Source: a virus
Lineage: Duplodnaviria > Caudoviricetes
IMG/VR virus record: IMGVR_UViG_3300049228_000024
Span: 1 to 24,474 of that record
Strand: one strand, 5' to 3'
DNA: 24,474 nt
Shown here in pieces: positions 24,474 through 24,474 of this stretch. Each line of letters starts with the position of its first letter. Position 1 is the stretch's first letter. Below the pieces are notes generated by a model that did no database searches, was not told where the DNA came from, and was given only the letters and a program-made list of their open reading frames with translations. Both the position numbers and the translations under genes were made by a program.

Positions 24474-24474
24474 A

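Overview
This window is the late (morphogenesis, lysis, packaging) half of a T7-like podovirus genome (Autographiviridae-type architecture), with all credible genes on the minus strand. In transcription order (high to low coordinates) it holds: a partial dNMP kinase, an HD-domain nucleotidase, a ClpP-like protease, an intrinsic terminator, two small proteins, portal, an orphan, scaffold, major capsid, a Tphi-like terminator, tail tubular A and B, gp13/14/15-like internal virion proteins, a gp16-like protein split over two ORFs, a tail fibre, two holin-like proteins, an overlapping spanin pair, a signal-peptide protein, a small membrane protein, TerS, TerL, a 749-aa signal-peptide protein, and a repeat-rich non-coding probable genome end. 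The most unusual elements are: (1) a tRNA-like cloverleaf with a shrunken anticodon arm that fills the terS-terL gap and covers the only SD-like motif before terL; (2) two apparently Sec-exported proteins bracketing the terminase genes; (3) a ClpP homologue with an apparent Asp-to-Glu triad change; (4) a +1 frame break in the gp16-like gene; (5) a 20-bp candidate phage RNAP promoter present twice. All calls come from motif recognition and synteny; no searches were run.
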